From Candidatus Berkelbacteria bacterium (GTDB taxonomy: Bacteria; Patescibacteriota; UBA1384; XYA2-FULL-43-10; 1-14-0-10-43-13), in assembly GCA_037140515.1 (NCBI GenBank), contig JBAXEI010000003.1:300-64299 (forward strand): a stretch of DNA of 64,000 nt, written 5' to 3'. The position numbers were made by a program, and so were the translations under genes. Position 1 is the stretch's first letter. Each line of letters starts with the position of its first letter. Shown piece by piece: positions 36,667 through 48,672 of the stretch. The notes below the pieces were generated by a model. It had not been told where the DNA came from and did no database searches. It worked only from the letters and a program-made list of their open reading frames with translations.

Positions 36667-36744
36667 AGAGTCGGACGCTGCCACCCTCTCCGCCTTTTGA
36701 CGAAGAGAGCGACAACATATATTTTCTAGACAATTTTTGAATTT

Positions 36745-39700
36745 TTATTCAGCTCGGTCCATGAACTCTTGCTCTGCAGCAAGCTCGGCAGCTTCTTCCT
36801 CTTCAGCGTGTAGACCAGTACCAGCAGGAATGAGTTTGCCCAAGATGACATTTTCCTTCAAACCTCTCAAGTAGTCGATCTTGCCTGAGATAGCAGCGTC
36901 GATCAAGATTGAAGTTGTTTCCTGGAAGGAAGCAGCAGATAGGAAGGAGTCAGTCTTAAGCGCAACACGAGTGATACCCATGATGATATCGTCAGTCGTA
37001 ACCTGTTTCTCGCCTTCTTCTTTCAATCTCTTGTTCTCAGCGTTTACATCGAATCGTGAAACGATCTGACCAGGAAGATATTTTGATCCACCCTGTTCGA
37101 GAATCTTCACCTTGCTATTCATCATTCGGATGATAACTTCGATATGTTTGTCGTTGATATCTTGACCCTGTGATTCGTAAATAGCCTGAACTTGTTTGAT
37201 GATATAGTTTTGAGTTTTGACGATACCAACAAGCTTGATGCTAGACGAAAGATCCCAGTGACCTTCAGTAAGTGCAGTCCCCTTCTCAACAACATCGTTG
37301 TTCTTGACGAGAAGCTGAGTAGTTTTGGATACTGTGTATTCACGAACTGCATCGCCGTGTCCAACAACTTTTGCTTTGCTGCCCTTGATTGTGACAACAC
37401 CAGCGATTACGCTGCGGATTGGCTTAGCATCGGCTGTTTCGCTCTCAGCAAGTGTTTGATTTTTCACAACTTGTGAGCCAGTCTCAACGATGAATTTGTA
37501 GCCCTTAGAAAGAACATACTCGTCCATCTGCTCGCCTTTGCCAGCAACTGTAAGCTTGATAAGATCGCCCTCTTTTTTGACAGAAACAGCGCCTGCAAGC
37601 TCAGAAAGGATTGCTGGTTTCTTTGGAACTCGAGCTTCGAAAAGCTCTTCAACACGAGGCAAACCTTGAGTAATATCTTCTCCGGCAGCACCACCAGTAT
37701 GGAAAGTACGCATAGTAAGCTGTGTGCCTGGCTCACCAATAGCCTGAGCGCCGATGATACCAACGGCTGTACCTTCGACAACTGGATTACCAGTCGCAAG
37801 GTCGATACCGTAACATTTCTGACAAATACCACGTTTAGTTTCGCAGCCAAGAAGTGAGAATACCTGAACTTCCTCAATCTTCATTTCGTTGAGGACAGCG
37901 AGCTCGTTTAGGCCGATAACAGTGCCTGTTTTGAAGCCAGCAACGTCTGCGCCAAGAGTTCGGCCAAGAACGTGGATATCCCATTTGTCGCCAGACTCTT
38001 CATAGAAGCTACGTGCAAGTGTTCTTGTATTTTTTGTACCACAATCGATTTCAGTAACTACGACGTCCTGAGATACATCAACAAGACGACGAGTTAGGTA
38101 ACCAGCTTCAGAAGTTCGTAGAGCTGTATCAGCACGACCCTTTCTAGAACCATGAGTTGATACGAAGTACTCGAACACAGTCAAACCTTCCTTAAAGTTG
38201 GATTTGATAGGAAGCTCGATAATCGCACCAGTTGGATCAGAAACAAGGCCTTTCATACCAGCAACCTGTGTCATCTGAGATACTTTACCACGGGCACCAG
38301 AGTCCATGATGACGAATAAGTCGTTGTCTTTTGGATATTTGGATACCATGTCTTTTTCAATCTGGCTCTGAGCATCCATCCAGATTTCGATAGTTTTGGC
38401 ATATCTTTCTTCGTCAGTGATAAGACCACGAAGATACTGTCTGTCTACGGTTGCAACAACTTCACCTGATTTGGCAAGAATTGCCTCTTTTGTATCTGGA
38501 ACACAGATGTCGTCGATTGCAAAGGTGTAGCCAGCTTTTTGAGCGTAGATGAAGCCAAGGTCCTTCAAATCGTCTACGAAGACTGCAGCTGTGTGTGTAC
38601 CGAGTTGGCGATAAACCAAGTCAACCATCTTGTTGATCGATTTTTGATCAAGCTGAGTGTTGATGTAGCCAATTTCGTTTGGAATGATTTCGTTGAAAAG
38701 AACACGGCCAATCGTTGTTTCAGCGATTTCGCCTGTGTTTAGTCTGACTTTGATCAAAGCTTGGTGATCAACATCGCCCAAGTGAAAAGCGGTAACAGCT
38801 TGATTTTCGCTAGCGAAAGTGTGGCCTGTACCCTTAGCTTCTGGCTTCATTCCTGTCAAGAAGTTGATACCAAGAACGATATCAAATTTTGTTGTAAGAA
38901 TTGGATCGCCAGATGCTGGTTTGAGCAAGTTTTTGGAAGCAAGCATGATCTCGCCAGCTTCTTTTTGAGCTTTGTCAGAAAGTGGCAAATGGACAGCCAT
39001 TTGGTCACCATCAAAGTCGGCGTTGAAAGCAGAACAAACGAGAGGGTGGATCTGAATCGCTTTACCCTCGATCAAGATTGGTTGGAAAGCCTGAATACCA
39101 AGTCTGTGAAGCGTAGGGGCGCGGTTTAGAAGGACGAATTTGTCTTTGATGACATCTTCTAGGATATCCCAGACAAATGATTCGCCACGGTCAATAAGTC
39201 TTGTTGCATTTTTTACATTGTGAACATAGCCTTCTGAGATCAAACGTCCGATAACGAACGGTTTGAAGAGCTCAAGAGCCATGACTTTTGGCAAGCCACA
39301 CTGATGAAGTTTCAAGCGTGGGCCAACGACGATAACGGAACGTCCAGAGTAGTCAACACGTTTACCGAGGAGATTCTGTCGGAAACGTCCCTGTTTACCA
39401 CGGAGCATATCTGAGAGTGATCGAAGTTTTCTTTTGCCACCAGTTGAGGAAGCGATTTTGTCTTTTCGTGCTGAATTATCGATAAGAGCATCAACAGCCT
39501 CTTGAAGCATTCTCTTCTCATTTCGGCAGATAACTTCTGGAGCGCCCTGAGAAAGCAATCTCTTCAAACGATTATTTCTGTTGATTACACGTCGATATAG
39601 GTCGTTCAAGTCTGAAGCGGCAAAACGGCCACCGTCAAGCTGAACCATAGGACGAAGATCTGGTGGAATGACTGGAAGTCTTGAAAGAACAAGCCAAGCA

Positions 39701-40527
39701 GGATTCATACCAGCAGCGTTCATAGCCTGAAGGACACGAAGTCTCTTTAGAGTTTTAGTGCGATTTAGCCCTGTTTGTTTCTTTGCATCTTCACGAGTTT
39801 TGGTAATTTCGTCTTCGAGATTAAGGTTCTTTAGAAGCTCAAGAACAGCTTCAGCACCGATGCCGACTTTGACGATTTGACCGTATTTCAAGTTTAGCTC
39901 GCGATATGTAAGCTCAGAGATGATTTTGCCTGCAGCAAGACCAGTAAGCTCGTTCTTTGTCTCTTTGTAGACTTGATCGATCTCAATCTTAGTTGCGTCA
40001 CCCTCTTCAGGATTTTTGAGGCCAGCGATGAACTCTTTGTACTCTTTTTCAAGATTTTCGAGAGAAGACTGCTGAAGCTCTTCGTTGACACCCAAGATAA
40101 CGTAGCTGGCAAAATAAGCGATCTTTTCGATCTCAGAGCCAGACATGTTTAGGATTGTTGAAACAACGCTTGAGCTGCCACGTGCGTACCAGATGTGAGC
40201 TACAGGAACTGCAAGGTCGATGTGACCCATGCGAATACGACGAACAGCAGATCGAGTAACCTCAACGCCGCATTTGTCGCAGATTACGCCCTTATAGCGA
40301 ATCTTCTTGTATTTGCCACAATAACATTCCCAGTCTTTGGTTGGTCCAAAGATCTTTTCGCAGAAGAGACCGTCTCTTTCTGGCTTTTGTGTTCGATAAT
40401 TGATCGTCTCAGGCTTCAGAACCTCGCCATGAGACCAGTTGAAAATATCTTCAGGAGAAGCAACCGAGAGTCGGATTGCTTCAAAGTCAGATACTGTGAC
40501 TTGATCTCTTACTTCTACATTTGACAT
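36745..40527 (-). CDS. rpoC: DNA-directed RNA polymerase beta' subunit
   Basis: 1260 aa, NADFDGD active site, zinc-binding CxxC motifs. Confidence 0.95.
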   Translation of the reverse strand: MSNVEVRDQVTVSDFEAIRLSVASPEDIFNWSHGEVLKPETINYRTQKPERDGLFCEKIFGPTKDWECYCGKYKKIRYKGVICDKCGVEVTRSAVRRIRMGHIDLAVPVAHIWYARGSSSVVSTILNMSGSEIEKIAYFASYVILGVNEELQQSSLENLEKEYKEFIAGLKNPEEGDATKIEIDQVYKETKNELTGLAAGKIISELTYRELNLKYGQIVKVGIGAEAVLELLKNLNLEDEITKTREDAKKQTGLNRTKTLKRLRVLQAMNAAGMNPAWLVLSRLPVIPPDLRPMVQLDGGRFAASDLNDLYRRVINRNNRLKRLLSQGAPEVICRNEKRMLQEAVDALIDNSARKDKIASSTGGKRKLRSLSDMLRGKQGRFRQNLLGKRVDYSGRSVIVVGPRLKLHQCGLPKVMALELFKPFVIGRLISEGYVHNVKNATRLIDRGESFVWDILEDVIKDKFVLLNRAPTLHRLGIQAFQPILIEGKAIQIHPLVCSAFNADFDGDQMAVHLPLSDKAQKEAGEIMLASKNLLKPASGDPILTTKFDIVLGINFLTGMKPEAKGTGHTFASENQAVTAFHLGDVDHQALIKVRLNTGEIAETTIGRVLFNEIIPNEIGYINTQLDQKSINKMVDLVYRQLGTHTAAVFVDDLKDLGFIYAQKAGYTFAIDDICVPDTKEAILAKSGEVVATVDRQYLRGLITDEERYAKTIEIWMDAQSQIEKDMVSKYPKDNDLFVIMDSGARGKVSQMTQVAGMKGLVSDPTGAIIELPIKSNFKEGLTVFEYFVSTHGSRKGRADTALRTSEAGYLTRRLVDVSQDVVVTEIDCGTKNTRTLARSFYEESGDKWDIHVLGRTLGADVAGFKTGTVIGLNELAVLNEMKIEEVQVFSLLGCETKRGICQKCYGIDLATGNPVVEGTAVGIIGAQAIGEPGTQLTMRTFHTGGAAGEDITQGLPRVEELFEARVPKKPAILSELAGAVSVKKEGDLIKLTVAGKGEQMDEYVLSKGYKFIVETGSQVVKNQTLAESETADAKPIRSVIAGVVTIKGSKAKVVGHGDAVREYTVSKTTQLLVKNNDVVEKGTALTEGHWDLSSSIKLVGIVKTQNYIIKQVQAIYESQGQDINDKHIEVIIRMMNSKVKILEQGGSKYLPGQIVSRFDVNAENKRLKEEGEKQVTTDDIIMGITRVALKTDSFLSAASFQETTSILIDAAISGKIDYLRGLKENVILGKLIPAGTGLHAEEEEAAELAAEQEFMDRAE

Positions 40528-40560
40528 ATAACTCCTATTTGATTCTATAAATGATTATTA

Positions 40561-43500
40561 TTACTCTTCGTCCGAACCTTTTTCCTCAAAGGTGATGTCT
40601 TCATCTTCTGGGGTTTGCTCTGCAGCTAATTCAGTCAATTTCTCATCAAGTTCCTCATCGAAAGAGCCTTCGTCGTCAAGAGATTCGTCATAATTTAGAA
40701 CGATCGGAGTTTTCTCCATCTCTTCTGGCTTCTCAACAGGCATATTTTCAAGTTCCTGTGCTTCTTCCTTCGTCGTGATCAAGTCTACATCCAAGCAAAG
40801 GCTCTGGAGCTCTTTGACCATAACGTTGAAGGCCTCAGGAATGATTGGTTTTTGTATCTTTTCGCCCTTGATAATTGCTTCGTAAATCTTGCTTCTACCG
40901 ATAATATCATCAGATTTGATAGTAAGCATCTCTTGAAGTGTATGAGCGGCGCCGTAAGCTTCAAGCGCCCAAACTTCCATCTCACCAAATCTCTGTCCAC
41001 CAAACTGTGCTTTACCACCGAGAGGCTGCTGAGTAATCATGGAGTATGGACCAACTGAACGTGCGTGCATCTTATCATCAACAAGGTGATGAAGTTTCAA
41101 GATATACATAATGCCGACAGTAGATTTGTGTGCAAAAGGCTCACCAGATTCACCATCAAAAAGCTGAATCTTACCATCTTCTGGAAGACCTTGCTCCTTC
41201 AATCTAGCCTTGATCTCGTCGATCTTGATACCTTCAAATACTGGAGTTGCAATCTTGTATCCGCCAGCCATCGCTGCAAGACCCAAATGAGTCTCAAGGA
41301 TCTGACCAACATTCATACGAGAGATAACACCAAGTGGATTCAAGACAACATCTACAGGGCGACCGTCTGGCATATATGGCATGTCCTCTTCAGGAAGGAT
41401 GACCGAAATAACACCTTTATTACCATGTCGTCCAGCAAGTTTATCACCAACAGAAATCTTGCGAAGCTGAGCAACTGAAATCTCAACCATTTGGTCAACA
41501 CCAGTAGAGAGCTCATCGCCGTTTTTGCGGGAGAAGATTTTGATATTTACGACTTTGCCGTATTCACCATGCGGAAGTCTGAGTGATGAATCACGAACAT
41601 CTTTGGCTTTTTCACCGAAGATTGCCCGAAGCAATTTCTCTTCGCTTGAAAGCTCAGTCTCACCCTTAGGTGAAATTTTACCAACAAGAATGTCGCCAGA
41701 TTTGACCTCGGCGCCAACTCGAATAATACCAGTCTCATCAAGGTTTGAGAGAGCTTCTTCAGAAACATTTGGAATGTCTCTGGTAAGAGTCTCAGGCCCG
41801 AGCTTAGTATCACGAACTTCGGTAGAATATTGTTCGATATGAATAGAAGAAAGAGTGTGCTCCTTCATCAAACGATCAGAGATGATGATAGCATCCTCAA
41901 AGTTTGAACCGCCCCATGATAGGAAGGCAACTAGAAGGTTTTGGCCAAGCGCGATTTCACCGTTATCAGTAGCAGAACAGTCAGCGATGACTACATCTTC
42001 TTCGACTTTGTCTCCGACAGAAACTGTCGGACGCTGGTTGATAAGCGTACCCTGATTTGAACGAGTGAATTTCTCGAGCCAGTATTCATCAACTTCGCCT
42101 TTAGCAGGCTTGATTCTGATCAGCTTGGAAGAAACGTGCGTAACTGTGCCAGCGTTTCGAGAAAGGATGATCTGTCCTGAGTAGTGAGCAGCTGCTGCTT
42201 CCATACCAGTACCAACCATTGGAGAGTCTGGACGAACGAGAGGAACAGCCTGACGTTGCATGTTCGAGCCCATCATCGCACGAGCACCATCGTCGTGCTC
42301 AACAAAAGGAATAAGTGAAGTTGCGATTGAGAGAATCTGTCGAGGTGAAACGTCCATGTACTGAACTTTGGTTGCATCTTCGATATCTGGGTGACCAAAA
42401 CGTCGAACGATAACACGAGCATCTTTGATATTGTTGTCTTTGTCGAGCTCAACTGAGGCAGGTGAAATGATAACTTTTTCTTCCTGACCAGCGTCAAGAA
42501 ACTCAGATTCGTCAGTCACATGCATTTTGCCTTTGACATTTTTCACGATTCGATAAGGAGTCTCTAGGAAACCATAGTCGTTGATTCGAGCAAATGTAGC
42601 CATGTAAGACACCAAACCAATGTTTGGACCTTCAGGCGACTCAATAGGACAAATTCGGCCATAGTGAGATTCGTGAACGTCACGAACTTCGAAGCCAGCA
42701 CGCTCTCGAGACAAACCACCAGGACCAGTAGCCGAAAGAGTTCGTTTGTGCTCAAGCTCTGAGAGTGGATTGGTCTGATTCATGAACTGTGAAAGCTGTG
42801 ATGAAGAGAAGAACTCTTGCATAGCAGCAACGATTGGGCGGGAGTTTACCAAAGCAGACGGAGTGATATCAGTAGGCTCAAGAACACTCATACGGTCTTT
42901 GATAATTCTCTCTACGCGAAGTAGACCAACGCGAACGCGGCCTTGGATTGATTCACCCACAGCCTTGATACGTCGATTTTTGAGGGCATCTGTATCGTCA
43001 GCTTGTGCGTCTGGAGTATTGTTTAGACGAATAATTTCTTTAACGATTTGAATGAAGTCTTCACGTCGGAATACGCGGTTTTCAACTGTGTTTGCGATAT
43101 CGACACCAAGACGCTGATTGAATTTATAACGGCCAACGCGACCCATGTCATATCTCTTTGGGTTAAAAAGCATTGTCTCGATGAAAGATTTTGCAGATTC
43201 TGCAGTAGCAAGATCGCCTGGACGAATACGTTTGTATGTCTCAACAAGACCTTCATCGTAGTTTGAAGAAGGGTCTTTGGCGATAGTTGCCTCGATATAT
43301 TTCATCTCTTCGTTGTCATCTACATCTGAAAAAGTTGCTTTGAGCTCTTCATCAGTCGCGATTCCGAGCGCGCGAAGGAAAGTTGTGATAGGGATTCTTC
43401 TTTTGCGATCAACTTTTACAGTGATTACACCCTTTGAATTTGTCTCGAGCTCAAGCCATGCGCCACGATTTGGGATAACCTTAGCACCAAAAAGCTTTTT

Positions 43501-43950
43501 GCCGTTGACCTGCTCAGCTGTGAAGAGTACGCCGTATGAACGTACGATCTGAGATACGACACATCGCTCAACACCGTTGATGATGAAAGTACCGCAGCGA
43601 GTCATGACTGGGAAGTCACCAAGGAAAACTTCACCTTCTTTGATCTCTTTTGTCTGCTTGTTTAGAAGAGACAATTTGACACGAAGAGGAGCCTTGTAAG
43701 TCAGATTTTTCTCACGGGCAGTTTTCTCGTCGATACGAGGCTTGTCCATGTAGAAGTCTGTAAATGATAGAGAGTAAAGTTCGCCGGCGAAATCCTCAAC
43801 TGGTGAAATTTCGTCAAAAAGTTCTTTCAAGCCCTCCTTGAAAAACCATTCGTATGATTTTGTCTGAATCTCGATCAGATTCGGCATTTTTTCGAATACC
43901 TCCTCCTGTCGAGGGATGATTCGTTTTACTGGTTTATTGGTGGCCAACAT
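40561..43950 (-). CDS. rpoB: DNA-directed RNA polymerase beta subunit (acidic C-terminal tail of about 70 aa)
   Basis: 1129 aa, conserved rifampicin-cluster and catalytic regions. Confidence 0.95.
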   Translation of the reverse strand: MLATNKPVKRIIPRQEEVFEKMPNLIEIQTKSYEWFFKEGLKELFDEISPVEDFAGELYSLSFTDFYMDKPRIDEKTAREKNLTYKAPLRVKLSLLNKQTKEIKEGEVFLGDFPVMTRCGTFIINGVERCVVSQIVRSYGVLFTAEQVNGKKLFGAKVIPNRGAWLELETNSKGVITVKVDRKRRIPITTFLRALGIATDEELKATFSDVDDNEEMKYIEATIAKDPSSNYDEGLVETYKRIRPGDLATAESAKSFIETMLFNPKRYDMGRVGRYKFNQRLGVDIANTVENRVFRREDFIQIVKEIIRLNNTPDAQADDTDALKNRRIKAVGESIQGRVRVGLLRVERIIKDRMSVLEPTDITPSALVNSRPIVAAMQEFFSSSQLSQFMNQTNPLSELEHKRTLSATGPGGLSRERAGFEVRDVHESHYGRICPIESPEGPNIGLVSYMATFARINDYGFLETPYRIVKNVKGKMHVTDESEFLDAGQEEKVIISPASVELDKDNNIKDARVIVRRFGHPDIEDATKVQYMDVSPRQILSIATSLIPFVEHDDGARAMMGSNMQRQAVPLVRPDSPMVGTGMEAAAAHYSGQIILSRNAGTVTHVSSKLIRIKPAKGEVDEYWLEKFTRSNQGTLINQRPTVSVGDKVEEDVVIADCSATDNGEIALGQNLLVAFLSWGGSNFEDAIIISDRLMKEHTLSSIHIEQYSTEVRDTKLGPETLTRDIPNVSEEALSNLDETGIIRVGAEVKSGDILVGKISPKGETELSSEEKLLRAIFGEKAKDVRDSSLRLPHGEYGKVVNIKIFSRKNGDELSTGVDQMVEISVAQLRKISVGDKLAGRHGNKGVISVILPEEDMPYMPDGRPVDVVLNPLGVISRMNVGQILETHLGLAAMAGGYKIATPVFEGIKIDEIKARLKEQGLPEDGKIQLFDGESGEPFAHKSTVGIMYILKLHHLVDDKMHARSVGPYSMITQQPLGGKAQFGGQRFGEMEVWALEAYGAAHTLQEMLTIKSDDIIGRSKIYEAIIKGEKIQKPIIPEAFNVMVKELQSLCLDVDLITTKEEAQELENMPVEKPEEMEKTPIVLNYDESLDDEGSFDEELDEKLTELAAEQTPEDEDITFEEKGSDEE

Positions 43951-44164
43951 TGCTCTCCTTAAATATATTATTATTTATGATGTTATAGACGCAAAAATTC
44001 ACCCTACTTTTCGTAAGGGAATAAATTTAAAAAACCTGCTCGCTTAGAGTACAATTGATGCCCAATTTCTTGATCCACTCTAAAAATTATTCTATTAACA
44101 TAGATAATAGCACACAAGAAACCACCTGTCAACACAAGGGCCGTTCGAATAGTTCAATAAATAG

Positions 44165-44193
44165 AGTATAAATATTGGCAATCTGGTTGTCAA
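44165..44193 (-). promoter_or_regulatory. Candidate rpoB promoter (TTGACA-17-TATACT) with a leader of about 200 nt
   Basis: Read on the minus strand, just after the obg terminator hairpin GCTCAAGCAAATCCTGTTTGAGC. Confidence 0.45.
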
Positions 44194-44226
44194 TATCCCG
44201 AGCTCAAACAGGATTTGCTTGAGCTT

Positions 44227-45201
44227 TTATAGTCCGAGTTCTTTTTTGACTGTGTTTGCGAGCTCAAGGACGCCCTCGCGAGTAGCAGCAGAGACAAACA
44301 ATGGTTTGATTTTCTTTTTCTTGAGAGTAGCTGAACGCTCTTTGAGCGTATCTTTGTCGACTGTATCGATCTTGTTGATGATGACAACTTCTGGCTTCAA
44401 GAGTAGCTCTTTGGAGAATTCACCGAGCTCTTTGCGGATCATCTGGTAATCTTCGAGATAATCAGCTGAGTTTGCATCGATAATATGGAAAAGCATTTTT
44501 GTGCGCTCAATATGTTTCAAAAATTTGATTCCGAGACCTTTGCCGGCTGAAGCGCCTTCGATAAGGCCTGGGATGTCGGCGAAGATGATACGGCTGTCTT
44601 TGTCGACAAAAGTACCAAGATTTGGCTCAAGAGTGGTAAATGGATAGTCGGCAATCTTCGGATGAGCATTTGTAAGGATAGAAAGAATCGTAGATTTGCC
44701 AGCATTTGGCTGTCCAATAAGTCCCACGTCCGCGATTGTCTTCAAAACAAGTCGAAGCTTCTTTGACTCGCCCTTCAAGCCTTCTTTAGCCCACTGTGGA
44801 GCTTGTTTGATCGAGGTCGCGAAGTGTTGGTTACCCCAGCCGCCGTTTCCACCTTTTAGAAATGTAAACTCTTCCTGATCGTTTGTGAGGTCAAGCAAGA
44901 GGTTATCCTTCTCGTATATCTGAGTACCAGCTGGAAATTTCAAAATGAGATCATCACCGTTTTTGCCTGAGCAGTTGCAGCCTAGGCCTTTTTGACCGTC
45001 TGGAGCCAAGAAACGCTTCTGACGATTGTAGAGAGAGAGTCCGTGAGTAGAATTGTCGACTTTGATGATGATATCGCCGCCACGTCCACCGTCACCACCG
45101 TTTGGACCACCATTTGGGATATATTTTTCATGACGAAAAGAGACGCAACCGTTGCCGCCGTTTCCCGCTTTGATATAGATTTCTGATTCATCAATAAACA
45201 T
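44227..45201 (-). CDS. obg: GTPase Obg (short form without a C-terminal TGS domain)
   Basis: Gly-rich Obg fold GNGGNGCVSFRHEKYIPNGGPNGGDGGRGG, then GLIGQPNAGKST. Confidence 0.9.
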   Translation of the reverse strand: MFIDESEIYIKAGNGGNGCVSFRHEKYIPNGGPNGGDGGRGGDIIIKVDNSTHGLSLYNRQKRFLAPDGQKGLGCNCSGKNGDDLILKFPAGTQIYEKDNLLLDLTNDQEEFTFLKGGNGGWGNQHFATSIKQAPQWAKEGLKGESKKLRLVLKTIADVGLIGQPNAGKSTILSILTNAHPKIADYPFTTLEPNLGTFVDKDSRIIFADIPGLIEGASAGKGLGIKFLKHIERTKMLFHIIDANSADYLEDYQMIRKELGEFSKELLLKPEVVIINKIDTVDKDTLKERSATLKKKKIKPLFVSAATREGVLELANTVKKELGL

Positions 45202-45267
45202 AAAGCTTACTATAGCATAAATCTTCTGGCTTAGCTAGTGCATATAACGAGAATTTACAAATTATAG

Positions 45268-46425
45268 TTAGAATGGCTTGACCGTGTGACCATTTACGAT
45301 TTTTTCAAAATGAAGATGAGGCCCAGTTGAACGGCCAGTACTGCCTGACAGACCAATTCGCTGACCTTGCGAGACTGTGTCTCCTGGAGAAACGAGAATT
45401 TGACTAAGATGGCCATAACGAGTAGCCACACCGTCACCATGAGAAACAACGATCTCATTCCCATAGCCACCGGACCAGCCAGTTGAGATTTTGATGACGA
45501 CACCGTCAGCAGCTGAGACTACAGGGGTTCCAATGTTTGCACGATAGTCGACTCCTGTATGGCCGCCAACGCCAAAACCCTGCGAGATGCCGTTGCCGTT
45601 AATCGGTACAATCAGACTAACGCCACCGCTATTTGCCGTATATTCTGCGGAAGAAGTCAGCTTCACAGTTGCTGAGCTCCTTGTTGTGGTATTTCTTTTT
45701 GCTGCAGAAGCTGCAGCTAGCTTCGCAGCTTTGTCCTTGTCTTTCTTTGCAATCAGCGCGGCAGGAACTTCGTAGCCACGAACTGAGATTTTGAGTCGAG
45801 TACCTGGCTTTACTGTGTTTACATTATCAATATCATTTACATATTTGATCGTTGCAAGCTTCAATCCAAATTTTTGGGCGACGGATGAGAGATTATCTCC
45901 TTGACGAATAACGTAGTACACTTCTTCTTTGGAATTGTCTGGCAGCGGCGTAATTCTCTGAGTAATCTGCGTATCAAAAGGTGCAACATTCTCCACAAAA
46001 CCGCCAGCACGAGCCGCAAGCTCATTACTTTTTTCAATTACAGCAGCGTCACCAGCGATTTCTGGCGTATAAATATCAATCGAGTCAGTGATCTGATACT
46101 CATCATCAGGATCAATGGAGACAAGCTCAGAGGTAAGATTTAGTGCAGCTGCTCTCTCTGAAACATTTGAAACAACAACGGTCAATATCAAAAAAACTAT
46201 CGCCGCGTGGGGCAGATAGTGGCTATAGACATTTGAGTCCTGAATTCGTTTTTTCGCTTCTTTCAGACGTAAAAATAAGCTCCTAAAAGAACTCGCTATG
46301 TTTATTATCGGGACGAACACATTTTTGATTTGAAAATGAGGTCCACTGCTCGAATCAATTTTTTGCTCAGAAGGCTCTTCCTGCTTTGAGGAGAGAGGAG
46401 ATTCTGGAGCATTGTATAAAGCCAT
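45268..46425 (-). CDS. LysM-domain M23 family metallopeptidase (membrane-anchored)
   Basis: LysM YYVIRQGDNLSSVAQKFGL; M23 HTGVDY...GSTGRSTGPHLHFE. Confidence 0.85.
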   Translation of the reverse strand: MALYNAPESPLSSKQEEPSEQKIDSSSGPHFQIKNVFVPIINIASSFRSLFLRLKEAKKRIQDSNVYSHYLPHAAIVFLILTVVVSNVSERAAALNLTSELVSIDPDDEYQITDSIDIYTPEIAGDAAVIEKSNELAARAGGFVENVAPFDTQITQRITPLPDNSKEEVYYVIRQGDNLSSVAQKFGLKLATIKYVNDIDNVNTVKPGTRLKISVRGYEVPAALIAKKDKDKAAKLAAASAAKRNTTTRSSATVKLTSSAEYTANSGGVSLIVPINGNGISQGFGVGGHTGVDYRANIGTPVVSAADGVVIKISTGWSGGYGNEIVVSHGDGVATRYGHLSQILVSPGDTVSQGQRIGLSGSTGRSTGPHLHFEKIVNGHTVKPF

Positions 46426-46560
46426 ATATTTGTCACCAAACTTTTCACCTGGTGTTAGAAAATATTAACATTCATCTGATCTCAATGTCAAGCAAAAACA
46501 AACTCAAATCGAAAGATCTGCCCACTATAAAAGTCGGCTCCAAAACTATAGTCTGTGAGT

Positions 46561-47754
46561 TTATTTTGCACGAAATACAATTTGGGTCGGTGTGACACTC
46601 GTCACTATCACATCTGCAGGAGCCTTAATGTCTACAGGCGCAAGTGAATAGGTAATATCGCCATTAACCGATGGTCTAGTCTCGGGGTTCACGAGGACTG
46701 AGAAGTCAGCACCTGTGAGAGCGTTTATCGCAGAAAGTGGCCCACGAACGCGGATTTTGACTGATGTCGGCGTGTATGTGTAGAGACTTGAGCCCAAGAA
46801 TTGAAAAAGGGTAACATCAAATTCGCGAAAAGCTTCGGCGAGTGAAATCTGCACAGTGACGTGAACTTTGGTATTTGCCGCATTATAGAGCGTCACCCCA
46901 CTTGGCAAAACCAGCCCAACATCAGTCGCGGTATCTGCCGCAAGATCGCTCACGCTTATCGGCTGTGTTTCTAATACTTTGATCTTGTCGATAACATCTT
47001 TTGGCCCAGAAATATCTATCGTATCTGGAGTGACCTGAATGCCTGAAATATAATAATTTGTCCGGACAACTCCGCTCGTGTCCGCGGTAATGCCGACAGT
47101 TTTGATATTTGCGCCCTTAGCCAGAGTGACAGTAGCCTCAGTCTCCACAGGATCAAGTATTGCGTTTGAGCCTGCATTTGAATCAAGTGCCACAGCTGCT
47201 TTTTTGACGAAGCTAGCTGCCTCTCCATCTGCCTTGACAGGTACTGTAATCTCCAAAATAGTATCAAGCACCTGCTTCGAACCAGTAACAGTCACTGTGT
47301 TTGGATTTAGGGCTATTTTGTCCACGATCATCCCCTCGGCGAGGTTACCGTCAATCTTGCCTTTTAGTGGCACTTCTTTACTAATGGTTTTTTCCAGTGT
47401 GACCATGATCTTTTCTGGAGACTTTGATATGACCGAAACTGTGCTTTGTTTGGAGGTGACGATTACATCGATTTCATTTGTCCCCTCTTTCAAACCTTTC
47501 AAGTCGACATACGCTGAGAAATTGCTAGGAGCGAGTTTCTGCCAGATGCCTTGCTTCGCCATAATCTTGATTTCTACAGTCTTAGAGCCAAGAATAGGGG
47601 TGAGACCGCTAGGGACATTTATTGTCTCGATTGTGAGATTACCTGGAAAATTTGCGACCATGCTCTGACTAGACGCAACATAGCCCCAGAGCAGAGTGGC
47701 ACCAACTAGGCAAAGTATTTTGATCAATAAGTTCTTTTTGAAGTGGTCAAACAT
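46561..47754 (-). CDS. cdaR: YbbR-domain protein, CdaR-type regulator of diadenylate cyclase
   Basis: N-terminal TM plus repeated YbbR-like beta domains, directly downstream of cdaA. Confidence 0.75.
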   Translation of the reverse strand: MFDHFKKNLLIKILCLVGATLLWGYVASSQSMVANFPGNLTIETINVPSGLTPILGSKTVEIKIMAKQGIWQKLAPSNFSAYVDLKGLKEGTNEIDVIVTSKQSTVSVISKSPEKIMVTLEKTISKEVPLKGKIDGNLAEGMIVDKIALNPNTVTVTGSKQVLDTILEITVPVKADGEAASFVKKAAVALDSNAGSNAILDPVETEATVTLAKGANIKTVGITADTSGVVRTNYYISGIQVTPDTIDISGPKDVIDKIKVLETQPISVSDLAADTATDVGLVLPSGVTLYNAANTKVHVTVQISLAEAFREFDVTLFQFLGSSLYTYTPTSVKIRVRGPLSAINALTGADFSVLVNPETRPSVNGDITYSLAPVDIKAPADVIVTSVTPTQIVFRAK

Positions 47755-47770
47755 AGAAAAGTACCGTTAT

Positions 47771-48580
47771 TTAATATTTCTGTCGGAGTAAGGCCATAAG
47801 TCTGTTTCGAACACGATCCTCGGCAATTCGACGCTCGATCTTGCCATCTACGGCCATCGAGATTGACCCAGTCTCTTCGGAAACGACGAGGGCGATCGCG
47901 TCCGATCTCTCAGTTATACCAATCGCGGCTTTGTGCCGAGTACCAAAGTCCGAAGCCATATAATCGTCCGTCACAGGCAAGGTCGAACGAGCGGAAACGA
48001 TCTTGTCACCAACGATGATGACAGCACCGTCGTGAAGCGGTGATTTTGGGTAGAATATTGAGAGTAGCAGCTCGGATCTGATCTGTGCATCGAGCTCGGT
48101 ACCATTTTCGATATATTCGCGGAGACCTGTTTGACGCTGGAAAATAATAAGTGCGCCAACTTTTTGCTTTGACATCGTGTTCACCGCTGTCATCACATCT
48201 TCGATAATTTTGGCGTAAGTACCTTTCGCAAAGATGGTATCACCGACAAATTTCGTCCGGCCAAGGCGCTCCAAAGCCGCACGAAGCTCTGGTTGGAATA
48301 CGATTGGGATAGCAACCACAAGCATCGTCGCAAAGTAATTCAAAACGGTATTTAACAGTATCAGGTTGAATAAACGACCAATAATCATAAGGGCGAATAG
48401 CAAAAAAAGTCCCCAAAGAATTCTCATCGCCCGTGTTTCGCGAAGGAAGATGTATATCCAGTAGATAATGATAGAGACGATCAAAACATCAATAATCATC
48501 AGTGGCACCGAGAACGCCCTGATATTTTCAAACAAGTATTTGGCGTTTTGGATCACGCCAAGAATCTTTTCAGTAACCAT
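47771..48580 (-). CDS. cdaA: Diadenylate cyclase CdaA (DisA_N/DAC domain, 3 N-terminal TM)
   Basis: DAC motifs ...LHDGAVIIVGDKIVSA...TRHKAAIGITE... Confidence 0.85.
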   Translation of the reverse strand: MVTEKILGVIQNAKYLFENIRAFSVPLMIIDVLIVSIIIYWIYIFLRETRAMRILWGLFLLFALMIIGRLFNLILLNTVLNYFATMLVVAIPIVFQPELRAALERLGRTKFVGDTIFAKGTYAKIIEDVMTAVNTMSKQKVGALIIFQRQTGLREYIENGTELDAQIRSELLLSIFYPKSPLHDGAVIIVGDKIVSARSTLPVTDDYMASDFGTRHKAAIGITERSDAIALVVSEETGSISMAVDGKIERRIAEDRVRNRLMALLRQKY

Positions 48581-48672
48581 ATATATAAGCCTTCAAATAG
48601 TTGAATATAATAATATTATACAACAGAAATTTGTAGTTTGGAAGTTGCTGATTTTATGCCATCTTTTCTTTC

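Noticed and set aside
36672-36710. Possible rpoC terminator hairpin in the rpoC-rpsL spacer
   Set aside because: I could not find a convincing inverted repeat plus T-run on the minus strand. The spacer more likely holds only the rpsL promoter.
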